Shown here: positions 1 through 10,932 of the stretch, one piece after another
Position numbering within the stretch: position 1 is the stretch's first letter
Layout: the number at the start of each line of letters is the position of its first letter
NCBI RefSeq assembly: GCF_006345805.1
Contig: NW_021834461.1
Span: 1 to 45,468 of the forward strand
Direction of reading: 5' to 3'
Source: Octopus sinensis
Lineage: Eukaryota
DNA length: 45,468 nt
Notes under the pieces: generated by a model
Database searches by the model: none
Told to the model about the DNA's origin: nothing
The model's input: only the letters and a program-made list of their open reading frames with translations
Position numbers and translations under genes: made by a program

Positions 1-391
1 ATAATTTTTTCACAGTACGCACGCCACTCGAAAAAAGGCCGACAGAAATTTCTAAAAATTCCATTATTACCATATCGGACCGATTTCAGAGTTAGCTACT
101 AAGAGCTCTCTCTTCGTCAGTGATACATGTGGCAGAAGAAATAAATGAGATACTTACTCATACCCATGGAAGAAGCAAAGTCATGGGCACAACTAAGTAC
201 CCCAAATACATCCAAAATAGAAATACTCCAACCCATTCGAGGCACGTGCGATTAGAAAAATTATTTCTTCTGCCACGAAGAAGGGCTCTTAGTAGCTAAC
301 TCTGAAATCGGTCCGATATGGTAATAATGGAATTTTTTTGAAATTTCTGTCGGCCTTTTTTCGAGTGGCGTGTGTACTGTGAAAAAATTAT
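1..391. repeat. Inverted repeat (arms about 1-144 and 261-391) of an HHR-bearing PLE pseudo-LTR-like sequence
   Basis: 1-106 is the reverse complement of 285-391, and 129-144 of 261-276. The right arm lacks a 13-nt stretch (atgtatcactgac). The left arm may extend beyond the window. Confidence 0.9.
68..125 (-). ncRNA. Type I hammerhead ribozyme
   Basis: Minus strand reads UAUCA-CUGACGA-[AGAG..AGCU/AGCU..CUCU stem II]-GAAA-UCG GUC CGA-UA|UGGUA. Core intact, palindromic short stem III, 5-bp stem I with one G-U. Predicted cut after position 73. Confidence 0.8.
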
Positions 392-425
392 ATGGTTAAT
401 GGACTTTATGTCCAATTTTTCGGTA

Positions 426-495
426 TGATTTGATTTGATTTTGATTTTTCCAGTTTCAGCTAAAGAGCTGTGGCCATGCTGGGGCACCGCCATTA
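426..495 (-). mobile_element. 3' tail of a CR1-like LINE or its SINE partner
   Basis: Reverse complement of ggcggtgccccagcatggccacagctc...gaaact plus an A-rich repeat tail; the same tail ends the element at 29387-29775. Confidence 0.6.
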
Positions 496-524
496 TGGAA
501 TTAGAAATTTTTTCCTTTGCCCTC

Positions 525-532
525 ATTTATGA

Positions 533-591
<59 letters not shown>

Positions 592-598
592 GAATTGT
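525..598. repeat. (AT)24 tract flanked by a 13-bp direct repeat
   Basis: atttatgaattgt at 525-537 and 586-598, with pure AT repeat between. Confidence 0.85.
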
Positions 599-670
599 TT
601 ATAAATTTAACCGTTTGAATATGCTGGCCATTGATAAAGTTTTTTTCGAAAAGAATTTTATCCTCACATT

Positions 671-706
<36 letters not shown>

Positions 707-821
707 TATCCACACTTTCGCCATAACATATATATGTTTATTGGGAGAGAAATATTGAAAAACATCAATACTGATGAGAGTAACAAAGAACCTAGAAAGG
801 TGAGCTAGAAAGAAAGTAGAA

Positions 822-1039
822 GGCGGCGAGGTGGCTGAAAGATTAGCACACTGGGCGAAATACTTAGCTGTATTTCGTCTGTCTTTTCGTTCTGAGTTCA
901 AATTCCGCCGAGGTCGACTTTGCCTTTCATCCTTTCGGGGTCGATAAATTAAGTACCAGTTATGTAATCGACTTAATCCCTTTGTCCTTGTTTGTCTCCT
1001 CTATGTTTAGCCCCATGTGGGCAATAAAGAAATAAGAAA
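822..1039 (+). mobile_element. tRNA-derived SINE
   Basis: Head ggcggcgaggtggc...gagttcaaattcc (A/B-box-like); body shared with copies at 42712-43310; A-rich tail; ctagaaaggtga repeated at 792-803 and 1040-1051. Confidence 0.75.
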
Positions 1040-1620
1040 CTAGAAAGGTGATTGTGGGATGTACTAGGAATATCAGTCAAATCTCTCTTAATCACACATC
1101 TTTTCACCTGAAAATACATTTTTTTGTTGTACCAAAATGGCTTCTCCCATGGTTTGGTCTGGAGTAGGGTGGGGATGAGATGAAAAAATCATAAATTTTC
1201 CAAAATTTTTTCCCACAAAAAGATTCCCACCATCATTTTGAAGGCCAGAGGTGGAAAAAAAATTCTCATCAAAATGGAGAAAATCTAACTTACATGGATG
1301 TCTTGATCTAAAACTCTGTCCAAATGTCTTGTTGAACTGATTCACTCTTCAATCAAAATTTTTTCATTTGAATTTTTTCTGAAGTAAGATTGTGTGGAGT
1401 TGGTAAAGTAGTAATCTATCTGTGGGGTGTGATTTTCTTTTAGACATGATGCAATTGTTACCTTCTATTTGGTCCTGCAATTACATAGAAAATAACTCAT
1501 TGGCTCAGGCTGTCTCATTTAAAGTCACTGCTGTTAGTGTTCCTCATGATCAGGATGTTTTTGCTGTTGTTATTTCATGATGTTTTTGCTGTTGTTATTT
1601 CATGATGTTTGTTATTTCAG

Positions 1621-1732
1621 ATGATTCTGGTCGTACAGACATCTTCTGTCACATGATGCCATTCTACTCCTATGACATCCCCCACAGCTATGGGTCTGAT
1701 CCCAAGATCTGCTGCCAGTTTGACTTGGCAAG
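1621..1732 (+). CDS. MAN2A1: Golgi alpha-mannosidase II (GH38) exon; divergent and possibly truncated or a pseudo-exon
   Basis: AG acceptor at 1619-1620. Translates (D)[37 protein letters not shown], matching the GMII motif [27 protein letters not shown]. Donor GTGGTG is weak. Confidence 0.8.
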
Positions 1733-1739
1733 GTGGTGA

Positions 1740-3670
1740 TCTTCACTAGGTTCTAGTGTGATTTAGATTGGTTTCTACAGCTGGATGCCCTTCCTAATGC
1801 CAACCACTTTACAATGTATGCCAGATGGTTTTAACATGGCACTGCACGAGCGCTTTTATGTGACACTGGTACAGGACTCTTGCAGGTCAATCCCCTTCAC
1901 CAGGGGAGTGGTCATCTTAACTCTTCTGCTGTGGAGGACGTCTTCTTGAGCGCAGCAAGGCACCAGGTATCATGGCCCTTTGTTGAAAGGTTCAGCATCC
2001 CGAGGTCATCCTTCAGGTCTCCGTACCATGTCTTCCTGGGTTTCCCTCTTCCACATGTTCCATCCACTTCGAGAGATTGGCACTTCTTTATGGAACTGTC
2101 GGCATCCATCTGCATTACATGACCATACCAGCACAGTTTTCTCTTTCAATACACCAGCACCCTGTCAAACCTGTACACTTATTACATATCCAGTGGAGCA
2201 TACTAACCTCATTCCTCTCTAGCCTTCTGCATTCAATGCCTATGTCTCAACACCATGTAGAATTACTGTTCATATACATGTGTCACTACTACTAATTTGT
2301 TCCCTTAGGTAGCAGAAATTATTCACTACCTCTGATGAGCTTCCAGGACATTTGAGAAAATCGATTTGCCTAGTATCTAGTTTTAATGGGCTCCTCTGCA
2401 TCTTACACAAACACTACTTTCTCTGATAACCTTCATATTATTCCACTGCACTTCTTGTATGTCTGTGGCATATGAAATTCTTGCCAACACCTTTCCTACA
2501 AATCAAGCAGGTAGGGTCTTGTCTGTTTTCTTGCTTTTTCAGTTTTTTAGATTTCAGTTTTTTCTTCCACACTTGGAATTTCTTTTCTATCTCTATATAA
2601 TCTGCTATGTGGGTAAGATCATCAGCATATAGTAGTTCCTATGGGCTGCCTGTCTTGAATTCTTTGATGAATGTCTACCTGCACACCAAATTCTTTGCTG
2701 TGCTTGTTAACTCTCACCTTATTGATAACACCTCCAGACATGGCCTGCACAGCTTTCACATGTCGCTACCTCTAGCCTCCTCAGAGCCCACCATATCACA
2801 CAACTGGGTATTCTATTGAAGACTTTCTCTAAATCAATGAATGCCAGGTGTTATGGTTTATTCTTAGCTAAGTACTTCTTTTGCATTAGTAGTGCTTCTC
2901 CCTATGACAAAGTCAAGCTGTATTTCATCTAGCCTAACTCTACCCCTAATTAATTGGGCTATAAGTCTGTAATTTTCATCAGCAGGTCCAGGAGCTTGAT
3001 GTCTCTATAATTGCTTCTACTTAAGGCATCTTCCAGTGAGTTGTGTAGCAACTAACACCACTCACTAGGTGTTACACCTTCCTGAATAACTTGTGGGTGA
3101 CTAGCCTGTATCCTACCTTACCAGATACTTCAAGTATCTGCGCTGTGATTCCAGATGGATCAGGGGCTTACCCTGCTGTTCACTAGGATAACTGGTCCCT
3201 CTGTTAGGTTCACATGAGGGAGACTCCCTTTATCCCATTCATTCTCCATATTCAATAGTAACTTTTCCATACCACTTTCTTGTCCACATCACTAAGTGCA
3301 AGCATATCAACAATTGTACACACTTCTCTCCCACAATATCTTGATTTACTCTGACACACTGTCTCACAATCAGGAACACCTCAAGTCTCTGATCTTCACA
3401 ATGTAGGACATTGGCAAATCTCTTTTTTGCTTGTGGCCTAGCTTGATAATCCTGGTGTCCACCCTTCCTTTTAACTTTGTGATATGATTCTTTACTACCC
3501 CTTCCTTTCCATTCTTTCCAGACTTGTTTCTTATCTCTCATGGCCCTGTCAATGTCACTGTTCCACCACAATGTCACCCTTGGTCTGGCAGAGGCTCTGC
3601 CCCAACCACAGGTTTAGTCTGTTGCCCTCAGTAGATTGTCCCGTGGGAACTTCCAGTTGTCCTCTACATT
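1740..3670 (-). mobile_element. Old, 5'-truncated, decayed RTE-clade LINE
   Basis: Fragments such as WWNSDIDRAMRDKKQVWKEWK, a YADD remnant (catcagcata on +) and CGRGKPRKTW parallel the younger RTE at 3671-7700. Confidence 0.75.
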
Positions 3671-3676
3671 CATCAC

Positions 3677-3707
<31 letters not shown>

Positions 3708-6700
3708 GTTTAATGTCTTCGTACCATGTCTTCTATTTGGTTCACCAGCCCTCAGTCAAAATCTAGCATGGGTTGGATGATTTTGACTGAGGGCTGGTGA
3801 ACCAGATGGTTGCACCAGGCTCCAATCTTGATTTGGCAGAGTTTCTACAGCTGAATGCCCTCCCTAACGCCAACCACTCCGATAGTGTAGTGGGTGCTTT
3901 TTATGTGCCACCGGCACGGGGGCCAGTCAGGCGGTACTGGCAACGACCTCACTCGAATCCTTTGACACATGCCACCAGCACAGGTGGTAACGATCAGGCT
4001 TGAATGGTGCCCTTTTACGTGCCACTGGCACGGAAGGCAGTTGGCTGCTCTGGCAACGATCATGCTTGGATGGTGATCTTGGCACCCTACTAGCACAGGC
4101 ACAAGTGCCAGTAAGGCGACACTGGTTACGAACATGCTCGAATGGTGCCCTTTAAGTGTCACTGTCACGGAAGCCGGTTAGCCACTCTGTTAATGATCAT
4201 GCTCGTATGGTGCTCTTTGCACCCTGCCAGCAGGGACGCCAGTCATCAAATTTGATTTTGATTTTGCTTTTGATTGATTTGATTTCACTTTGCTCAACAG
4301 GTCTTCGCAAGCAGAGTTTTAGTGACCAAAGAAGGAAAAGGTTACGTATAAGTGGGCTGGTTATGCCCCTGGCATAGGCAATGAGATTATGGTTTCATTT
4401 GGCTTGCCGGGTCTTCTCACACACAGCATATTTCCAAAGGTCTCGGTCACTAGTCATTTCCTTGGTGAGGCCTAAAGTTCGAAGGTCATGCTTCACCACT
4501 TCATCCCAGGTCTTCCTGGGTATACCTCTTCCACCGCTAGGATGTGACACTTTTTCACACAGCTGTCCTCATCCATTCTCGCCACATCACCATACCAGCA
4601 CAGTCGTCTCTCTTGCACACCACATCTGATGGTTCAACTTTTCTCTCAAGGTACCTACACTCTGTCGAGTATGCACACTAACATTACACATCTATCGGAT
4701 CATACTGGCTTCATTCCTTGCGAGCTTACGCATGTCCTCAGTAGTCACAGCCCATGTTTCACTGCCATGTAGCATGGCTGTTCGTACACAAGCGTCATGC
4801 AGTCTACCTTTTACTCTGAGCGACAGACCCTTTGTTGCCAGCAGAGGTAGGAGCTCTCTGAACTTTGCCCAAGCTATTCTTATTCTAGCAGCTACACTTT
4901 CAGCGCACCCCCTCCGCTACTGACTATCAACTACTTCTAGATTTTCTCCCTGGAATGTGGCAGAAGTTGGTTTCTGCGCATTTTCAGTGCTTATTGCTCC
5001 CGAGCATCTGCCACATACAAAAACTTTCTTCCCAGTTAGCCTTCCTTTGATATTACTGCACCTCTTATGTGTCCATAGCTTACACTGGGTACATCTTATA
5101 GAGTTTCTGCCTACGCCTCTACTACAGATTGAGCAGGGCCATCTACCTGAAGGGATTTGTGGCTTGTCTGCCTTCCTACATATTAGGACTTTGGTTTTAG
5201 CTAGGTTGATCCTAAGGCCCTTCGATTCTAATTCAAGTCTCCACACTTGAAACTTTGCCTCCAGTTCTGATAGTGACTCAGCAATTAGAGCAAGGTCATC
5301 AGCATATAGGGGCATCCTATCTTGAATTCTTCCGTTATTGCCTGGATGACTATGATAAATAGGAGGGGGCTGAGGACAGAACCTTGGTGGACCCCTACGT
5401 CTACCCTGAATTGCCAACCCTCACCTTACAGCATCCCTGTACATGGCTTGCACAGCTCTCACTAATCATTCATCTATCCCTAGTTTCCTCATTGACCACC
5501 AGATAAGGGATCGGGGGACCCTGTCAAAGGCTTTCTCCATGTCAACGAAAGCCAGGTACAGGAGCTTATCTTTGGCTAGGTATTTCTCCTGCAGCTGTCT
5601 TACCAGAAATATGGCATCAGTGGTGCTTTTCTCTGGTACGAAACCAAACTGCATCTCATCCAAGCTGACTCTCTTCCTAATCAGTCGGGCTATGACCCTC
5701 TCCGTAACCTTTATTACCTGATCCAACAGCTTGATACCTCTGTAATTATTTGTATCTAAAGCGTCACCTTTACCTTTGTAGTAGTTGACTATTATGCTGC
5801 TACACCAGTCATTGGGTATGACTCCTTCGTGTATCACCTGGTTAACTATACGGGTGACTAGGCTATAGCCGACACTGCCAGATATTTTAAGCATCTCTGC
5901 AATAATTCCTGATGGGCCTGGGGCTTTCCCTGTCTTCATGCTTCTAATTGCCTTAACTACCAAATAACTGTCAACTTGGATAGCTGGTCCCTCTGTTGGG
6001 TCGACATTCAGCAGACTCTCTTTATCCTATTCATTTTCTTTATTCAGCAACCTTTCATAATGGTGTCTCCAAACCTCTCTCTTTGCATCCTCATTCAGCA
6101 CAAATGAACCATCATCCATGCAAACACATTTCTCTCCTACCACATCACGATTCTCTCTTACACACTGTCTTGCAACATGAAATACCTCAAATCTTTCGTC
6201 CTCACGGCGCAGAACATTGGCAAATCTTTTCTTATTTGCTTCCCCTCTGGCTAAATAAACCTGCCTCCTAGCTTCCCTCCTGGCAGTCTGATGCACTTCC
6301 CTGCTACCACCGTTCTTCCAGTCCTTCCAAGCCTGTTTCTTTTGTCTAATAGCCCTGTCAACAACATTGTTCCACCACGACGTTATTTTGTGTCTTGAGG
6401 GGACTTTGCACCATCCACAGATCTGGTCGGTGGCCCTTAGCAGGTTGTCCTGTAGGAACCTCCAGTTGTCTTCTATACCATGTGAAGCGATATCTCCTAT
6501 TTCGTCAAAGGCTTCGAGTAATATGTTTCAAGTCTCCAGACCCTTCTTCTCCTTGCTGGTCGTCTTCTGGGCATCCATTTAGCCCTTACCCAGAAGTCAT
6601 TAACTACCAGTCTATGTTGTGGGGTACATTCTTCGCCTGGGAAGGTTTTGGCATTTATAAGCAGCCATCTTTCCTTTTTTCTGGTGAGGATGTAGTCGAT

Positions 6701-7700
6701 CTGACTAGTGTGTCTGCTAGCGCGGTAGGTGACTAGGTGGCTGGCAGGTTTTCTGAAGTTAGTATTGCAAACCATAAGATCATTTGCGTCACAGAACTCC
6801 AGCAGCCTGGTTCCCTCCTCATTGTGAGAGCCAAAACCGTAGCCTCCATGTATGCCATGGAAGCCCCCGACATGTTGTCCAACAAGTCCATTGAAGTCGT
6901 CAGCCACAAAAAGAAGGTCCCTGTCATTTGTCAACGCGGTAGTCTGCAAGAGGGTGTCATAGAATCGGCCTTTCTGTCCATCGGGTAGCCCTGCCTGAGG
7001 GGTATAGGCTGAGATAATGGTTGCTAACCATGATGGAGCGCTAATCTAATCTTAAGTATTCTGTCGCATACTCTGACTACCTCAATTACTTTATCTACCC
7101 ATTTCTCCGCAAAAAGTATACCCACACTCCCAACCCCATCAGTATTCCCTGCCCAGAAAATCTTGTTCCTGCGTTCTTTGCCTGTGAGAAACCTAGCAGA
7201 ACCTCCTCTCCACCTTACTTCTTGGATGCAGCACATATCAACACATCTCTGTTCAAGCATTTCAACAATCTTACCAGACCTACCTTTCAGTGTGCCGATG
7301 TTGAGAGTACCAACCCTGAGGATGTGGGAGGTATGGGCCCTAGAGACCCTGGGATGGAGGACAGTGGTGTCATGTACATGAAAAGAGAGCTCGCATTTGG
7401 CAGAATTCGTAAGCAAACAATGATCTTAAGTTCAACCTACTTACACTAAACTAGCATGTTTTGCACTGTATGATCACTACCTTATATAGTAGGGGTGGGG
7501 TTGGCGTAAGGCCTTTAAGGTGTTCATGGGAGACAAGCAAAGGAAGACGAGATAGAGACTTCCAGTACAAGTGGAGGGGTGGGAGGGCGGGCGTACTGCC
7601 GCGAACTGGCAACCATGGGCTAGAAATTAAGAGACAGAAAAAGGCCGATAGATATCTATCGGCATATAATGTAGGAATTAGATAGACAGAATGAAGGCCG
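3671..7700 (-). mobile_element. Near full-length RTE-clade LINE (APE endonuclease + RT), frameshifted, (GAT)n tail
   Basis: APE motifs GTLNIGTL, CIQEVRW, DDFNG, SQIDYIL; RT motifs KAPGPSG, NYRGIKLL, QFGF, FVDMEKAFD, LYADD in ORFs 7024-7416, 6497-6949, 5466-5963 and 4917-5417; (cat)n at 3671-3706. Confidence 0.92.
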
Positions 7701-7904
7701 ATAGATGAGCCAGTGGGTGGGGGCTCAGAACACATCTATCTCTTTTTTTTCCTTTCATTCTCTCTCAATTTTTTTCCTCTTAATCCTTTCTGTTGAAGAA
7801 CATATACTTGAAACACAAAAGACTTTCCCATTTTTCATGAGCATTAAACTACTACACCTGCTTGTTGTCCTACACCTGTCTTCATCTTTTGCTTTCTGTA
7901 AATA

Positions 7905-8556
7905 TCCTTTTCGCCTTCGGCCCAGTGCGTCCATGCTGCCAACAAAGCACGTGGAATTCTGTTCTTGATTCGACGGTCATTCGGAATGCTCACAGCAGCC
8001 ATATTCCTACCACTCTATGTCACGCTGGTGAGACCCATACTGGAGTATGGGATTCAAGCCTCTTCTCCTTATCTCCTCAAAGACATACAGCATCTCGAAA
8101 GAGTCCAGAAGCTGGCTACCCGCATGGTTCATGGTCTCAAAAATTTGTCCTACGAAGAAAGGCTGAGGACGCTCGACCTTTATTCTCTTGAAAAACGCCG
8201 CCGCCGTGGTGATCTCATTCTCGCCCACAACATCATAAGCGGAAAGTGTAACCTCTCGAAAGAGCTGTTCTTCACCCCTGCTCCAGAGCGTCGGCTGCGG
8301 GGTCATTCCGAAAAGCTCTACCTGCGACGATTTCATCTCAATCGAAGGAGAGGAGCTTTCTCCGTCCGGGTTGCGGATCCGTGGAACAAGCTGCCAGACG
8401 AGATGGTGAAGATGCCGACGACCGCTTTGTTCAAAGCCTCCCTGGACCTCAAGTGGCCTGAACTCTTTACATGAACACCACCCTGTACTTAACTCCATGT
8501 CCCCCTACATGGCCTTGCTATTTGCTTTTGAGCCAAATTAACTAACTAACTAACTA
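7905..8556 (+). mobile_element. 5'-truncated CR1-clade LINE
   Basis: ORF 7965-8474 has LYVTLVRPILEY, LERVQKLATR, YEERL, RRRRGDLI and FSVRVADPWNKLP (CR1 ORF2 C-terminus); (CTAA)n tail at 8540-8556. Confidence 0.9.
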
Positions 8557-8573
8557 TCAGATATGTGTGTGAG

Positions 8574-8613
<40 letters not shown>

Positions 8614-8673
8614 ATATAATATATATATATATACACACACACACACAAATAAAATGATTTTATTTTATCGCAG

Positions 8674-8862
8674 AGTTACTGACTATTTCAATGCAATATA
8701 CAAGAAGCATAAAATTGCACCTGGGGATCCTCCCCCAAACATACCTTCACTGTCAGGCGATTTCTTCACCTATGCTGATCGAGATGACCACTACTGGAGT
8801 GGCTACTATACCTCGCGCCCCTTCCAGAAGGTTCTTGACCGAGAGATGGAACACCAGCTGCG
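8674..8862 (+). CDS. MAN2A1: Golgi alpha-mannosidase II exon (189 bp, phase 2-2)
   Basis: cag acceptor at 8671-8673; VTDYFNAI...[38 protein letters not shown] is a hallmark GMII motif; donor GTAAGC at 8863. Confidence 0.93.
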
Positions 8863-8979
8863 GTAAGCCAAATACTTGCCATCCAACTAGTTATAACTGG
8901 TTGTTGATGTTTAGTCCAAGGTCAAATGAATCAAGCAAACCTAGGACCAAAGGCATTATGGCTATGACCATTTCATCTC

Positions 8980-9207
8980 TTAACCCTTTAGCATTCAGAT
9001 TGCTCTGTCAAATGTAATGCTTATTTATTTACATTGAGTTGAATCATGCAATCTGAATCATGTAACTTTGAGAGTTCAATGATGCAGTTATTCATTTTTA
9101 GAATGACATTGTAGGGTTGGTGTGAGAAGCCAAATCTGACCAATTAGAATGTAAAACAAATAGAATATTTGCGCTGGATATGATTGGCTCAAATACTAAT
9201 GGATTAA
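8980..9207. mobile_element. Degenerate TTAA-flanked MITE (piggyBac-like)
   Basis: TTAA|ccctttagcatt ... aatactaatgga|TTAA; 9/12 terminal inverted match. Confidence 0.45.
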
Positions 9208-9859
9208 GGAGATATAGAATTTATGTCATTTATTGTGTCCTTCCTTTTTTTAAGATTGTAAAATGTAAGTTGAGGGAGATTTAGCTTTAGCCCTTCAAGA
9301 GTCCATATACAGGATTCTCATTGACTTATCATCTGACCAGTTGTAACTAGCTGTTGGTGTTTAGCCACAGTTCAGTCTTTATTGAGCAGACCTTTGACCA
9401 AATGCACTCTATAAATGACTTTCTCATCATTTTGATATACCTTTTACTTCTTTAAGAAAGTTGTGTTTGAGTTAAAGGAGATTTGGCTGCTATTTGTATT
9501 AGTTCCAACTACCTTTTTTGGCAATTGTAGACATGCATAAGACAGTAGGTTTGATTTGAGGGAGCTTTGACTACTTTTTCTATCAGGTCATTTTATCTTA
9601 TAAAAGTCTCCCTGAGTTGTTTAAATGTACATATATGTATACATAAGACAAAAGGGTGTGATTTGAGAGATTTTTGGCATACATTGTGTCAGTTTTAGCA
9701 ACTGTTTAGTGATATACTTCATAGATGTATATGTACATCATTTCAACATTTCTTCCAACATACAATTGCACATCAAGGATCTTGCAAACAAATACAGAAA
9801 TTGTGTGTGTGTGTGTGTGTAAATATATATGTGTGTATGTATATATATGTATGTGTGTG

Positions 9860-9901
<42 letters not shown>

Positions 9902-10115
9902 ATGGGGTTCACTTGTGATCTAAACAAATAAACAAATAGGTATGCTGGGTAAATTGGGTAAATGATGTAATAGATTATCAGGGTTCCAAGCACGTAACCA
10001 TTTTACATTGTTGATTTAGCAGATATATATTTGTGAAAGAGGACAACGAATGCTGAGGCACAACAAGCATCTCAAGTCATATACATTATTTTATATTATT
10101 CTGAAATTAGTTGAG

Positions 10116-10190
10116 GTCTTACAGCTGTTTCTGGATATCCCAAGTGATAGGCAAGTATGCCTGAATATGGGGTACTCTGTCATCAGAGAC
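10116..10190 (-). ncRNA. Type I hammerhead ribozyme (base of stem II degraded)
   Basis: GUCU-CUGAUGA-stem II-GAAA-C AGCU G-UA|AGAC; stem II starts CA opposite CA (mismatched). Confidence 0.68.
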
Positions 10191-10328
10191 AAGTAGAGAA
10201 CATATAAAAGATCTAGACACGGAAATATTCAGATAAAAGATCTAGACATGGAAAATTTGCAGATAATAAGCAATGAAATAGAAGAATAGAGAGTAAGGAA
10301 ATAAAGATCTTTCATATGTTTTTTACTT

Positions 10329-10404
10329 GTCTCTGATGATGGAATGCCCCATATTCAGGCATACTCACCTATCATTTGGGACATCTCAGAAACAGCTGTA
10401 AGAC
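10329..10404 (+). ncRNA. Type I hammerhead ribozyme, sense to the host pre-mRNA
   Basis: GUCU-CUGAUGA-UGGAAUGCCCCA..UGGGACAUCUCA-GAAA-CAGCUGUA|AGAC; 12-bp stem II with 2 mismatches; palindromic ACAGCUGU stem III; predicted cut after 10400. Confidence 0.8.
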
Positions 10405-10579
10405 CTCAACTAATTCAAGAATAATATAAAATAATGTATATGACTTGAGATGCTTGATATGCCTCTGCATTTGTTGTCTTCTGATCGATACCTTTGGCAA
10501 TGTGCTCTGCTTAAGAGGATTCATCAAGCCAATTGCACCTGTACTAGTGGCATATAAAAAATTCAACCTTTGAACATTG

Positions 10580-10931
10580 GGCTTCACAGAGGCAAAGTGG
10601 CTGTTCCTTTTGAGTGTTGGGCCTCATGGAGGCAAAGTGGTCGAGTTCCTTTTGAGTGTTTGGCCTCACGGAGGCACTGACCAAAACCTTTGGCAATTAT
10701 GTTGTGCTTGAAAAGAAGATCCTTCAAACTGAGCAAAATCGCAGTTGTGCCAGTGGTGAAAGCACCCATTATGCTCTCAGAGTGGTTGATGTTAGGAAAG
10801 GCATCCAGCCATAGAAAACCATACCAAATCAGACTGGAGCCTGGCACAGTCTTCCAGTATGCCAGCCCAGTCAAACCATCCAACCCATGTCAGCATGGAC
10901 AACAGACGTTAAATGATGATGATGATGATGA
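10580..10931 (+). mobile_element. SINE remnant with RTE-type 3' tail and (GAT)n end
   Basis: Contains agtggttgatgttaggaaaggcatccagcc...cagcatgga, the same tail as the RTE copies; about 40-bp tandem subunits at 10581-10680. Confidence 0.65.
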
Positions 10932-10932
10932 T

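Larger units (their letters stand above)
10038..10482. repeat. Head-to-head inverted repeat (arms about 10038-10214 and 10305-10482), each arm with an HHR
   Basis: Arms are clearly reverse-complementary but diverged; the spacer contains a short tandem (taaaagatctagaca). Confidence 0.88.

Noticed and set aside
745-810. CTGATGA near 770 with a TATTG/CAATA stem and a downstream GAAA
   Set aside because: No stem II pairing and no NUH cleavage site in the right place.
1088-1345. Minus-strand ORF with a PPYS/PD-like remnant of mariner
   Set aside because: Too degraded to support a call.
3890-4245. Repeat-spacer-like periodicity (CRISPR-like)
   Set aside because: Eukaryotic RTE 3' UTR with degenerate whole-unit repeats and no cas genes.
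7560-7700. Possible HDV-like ribozyme at the RTE 5' end; 20-bp palindrome at 7644-7663
   Set aside because: I could not build the nested double pseudoknot by eye; the palindrome is explained by a local duplication.
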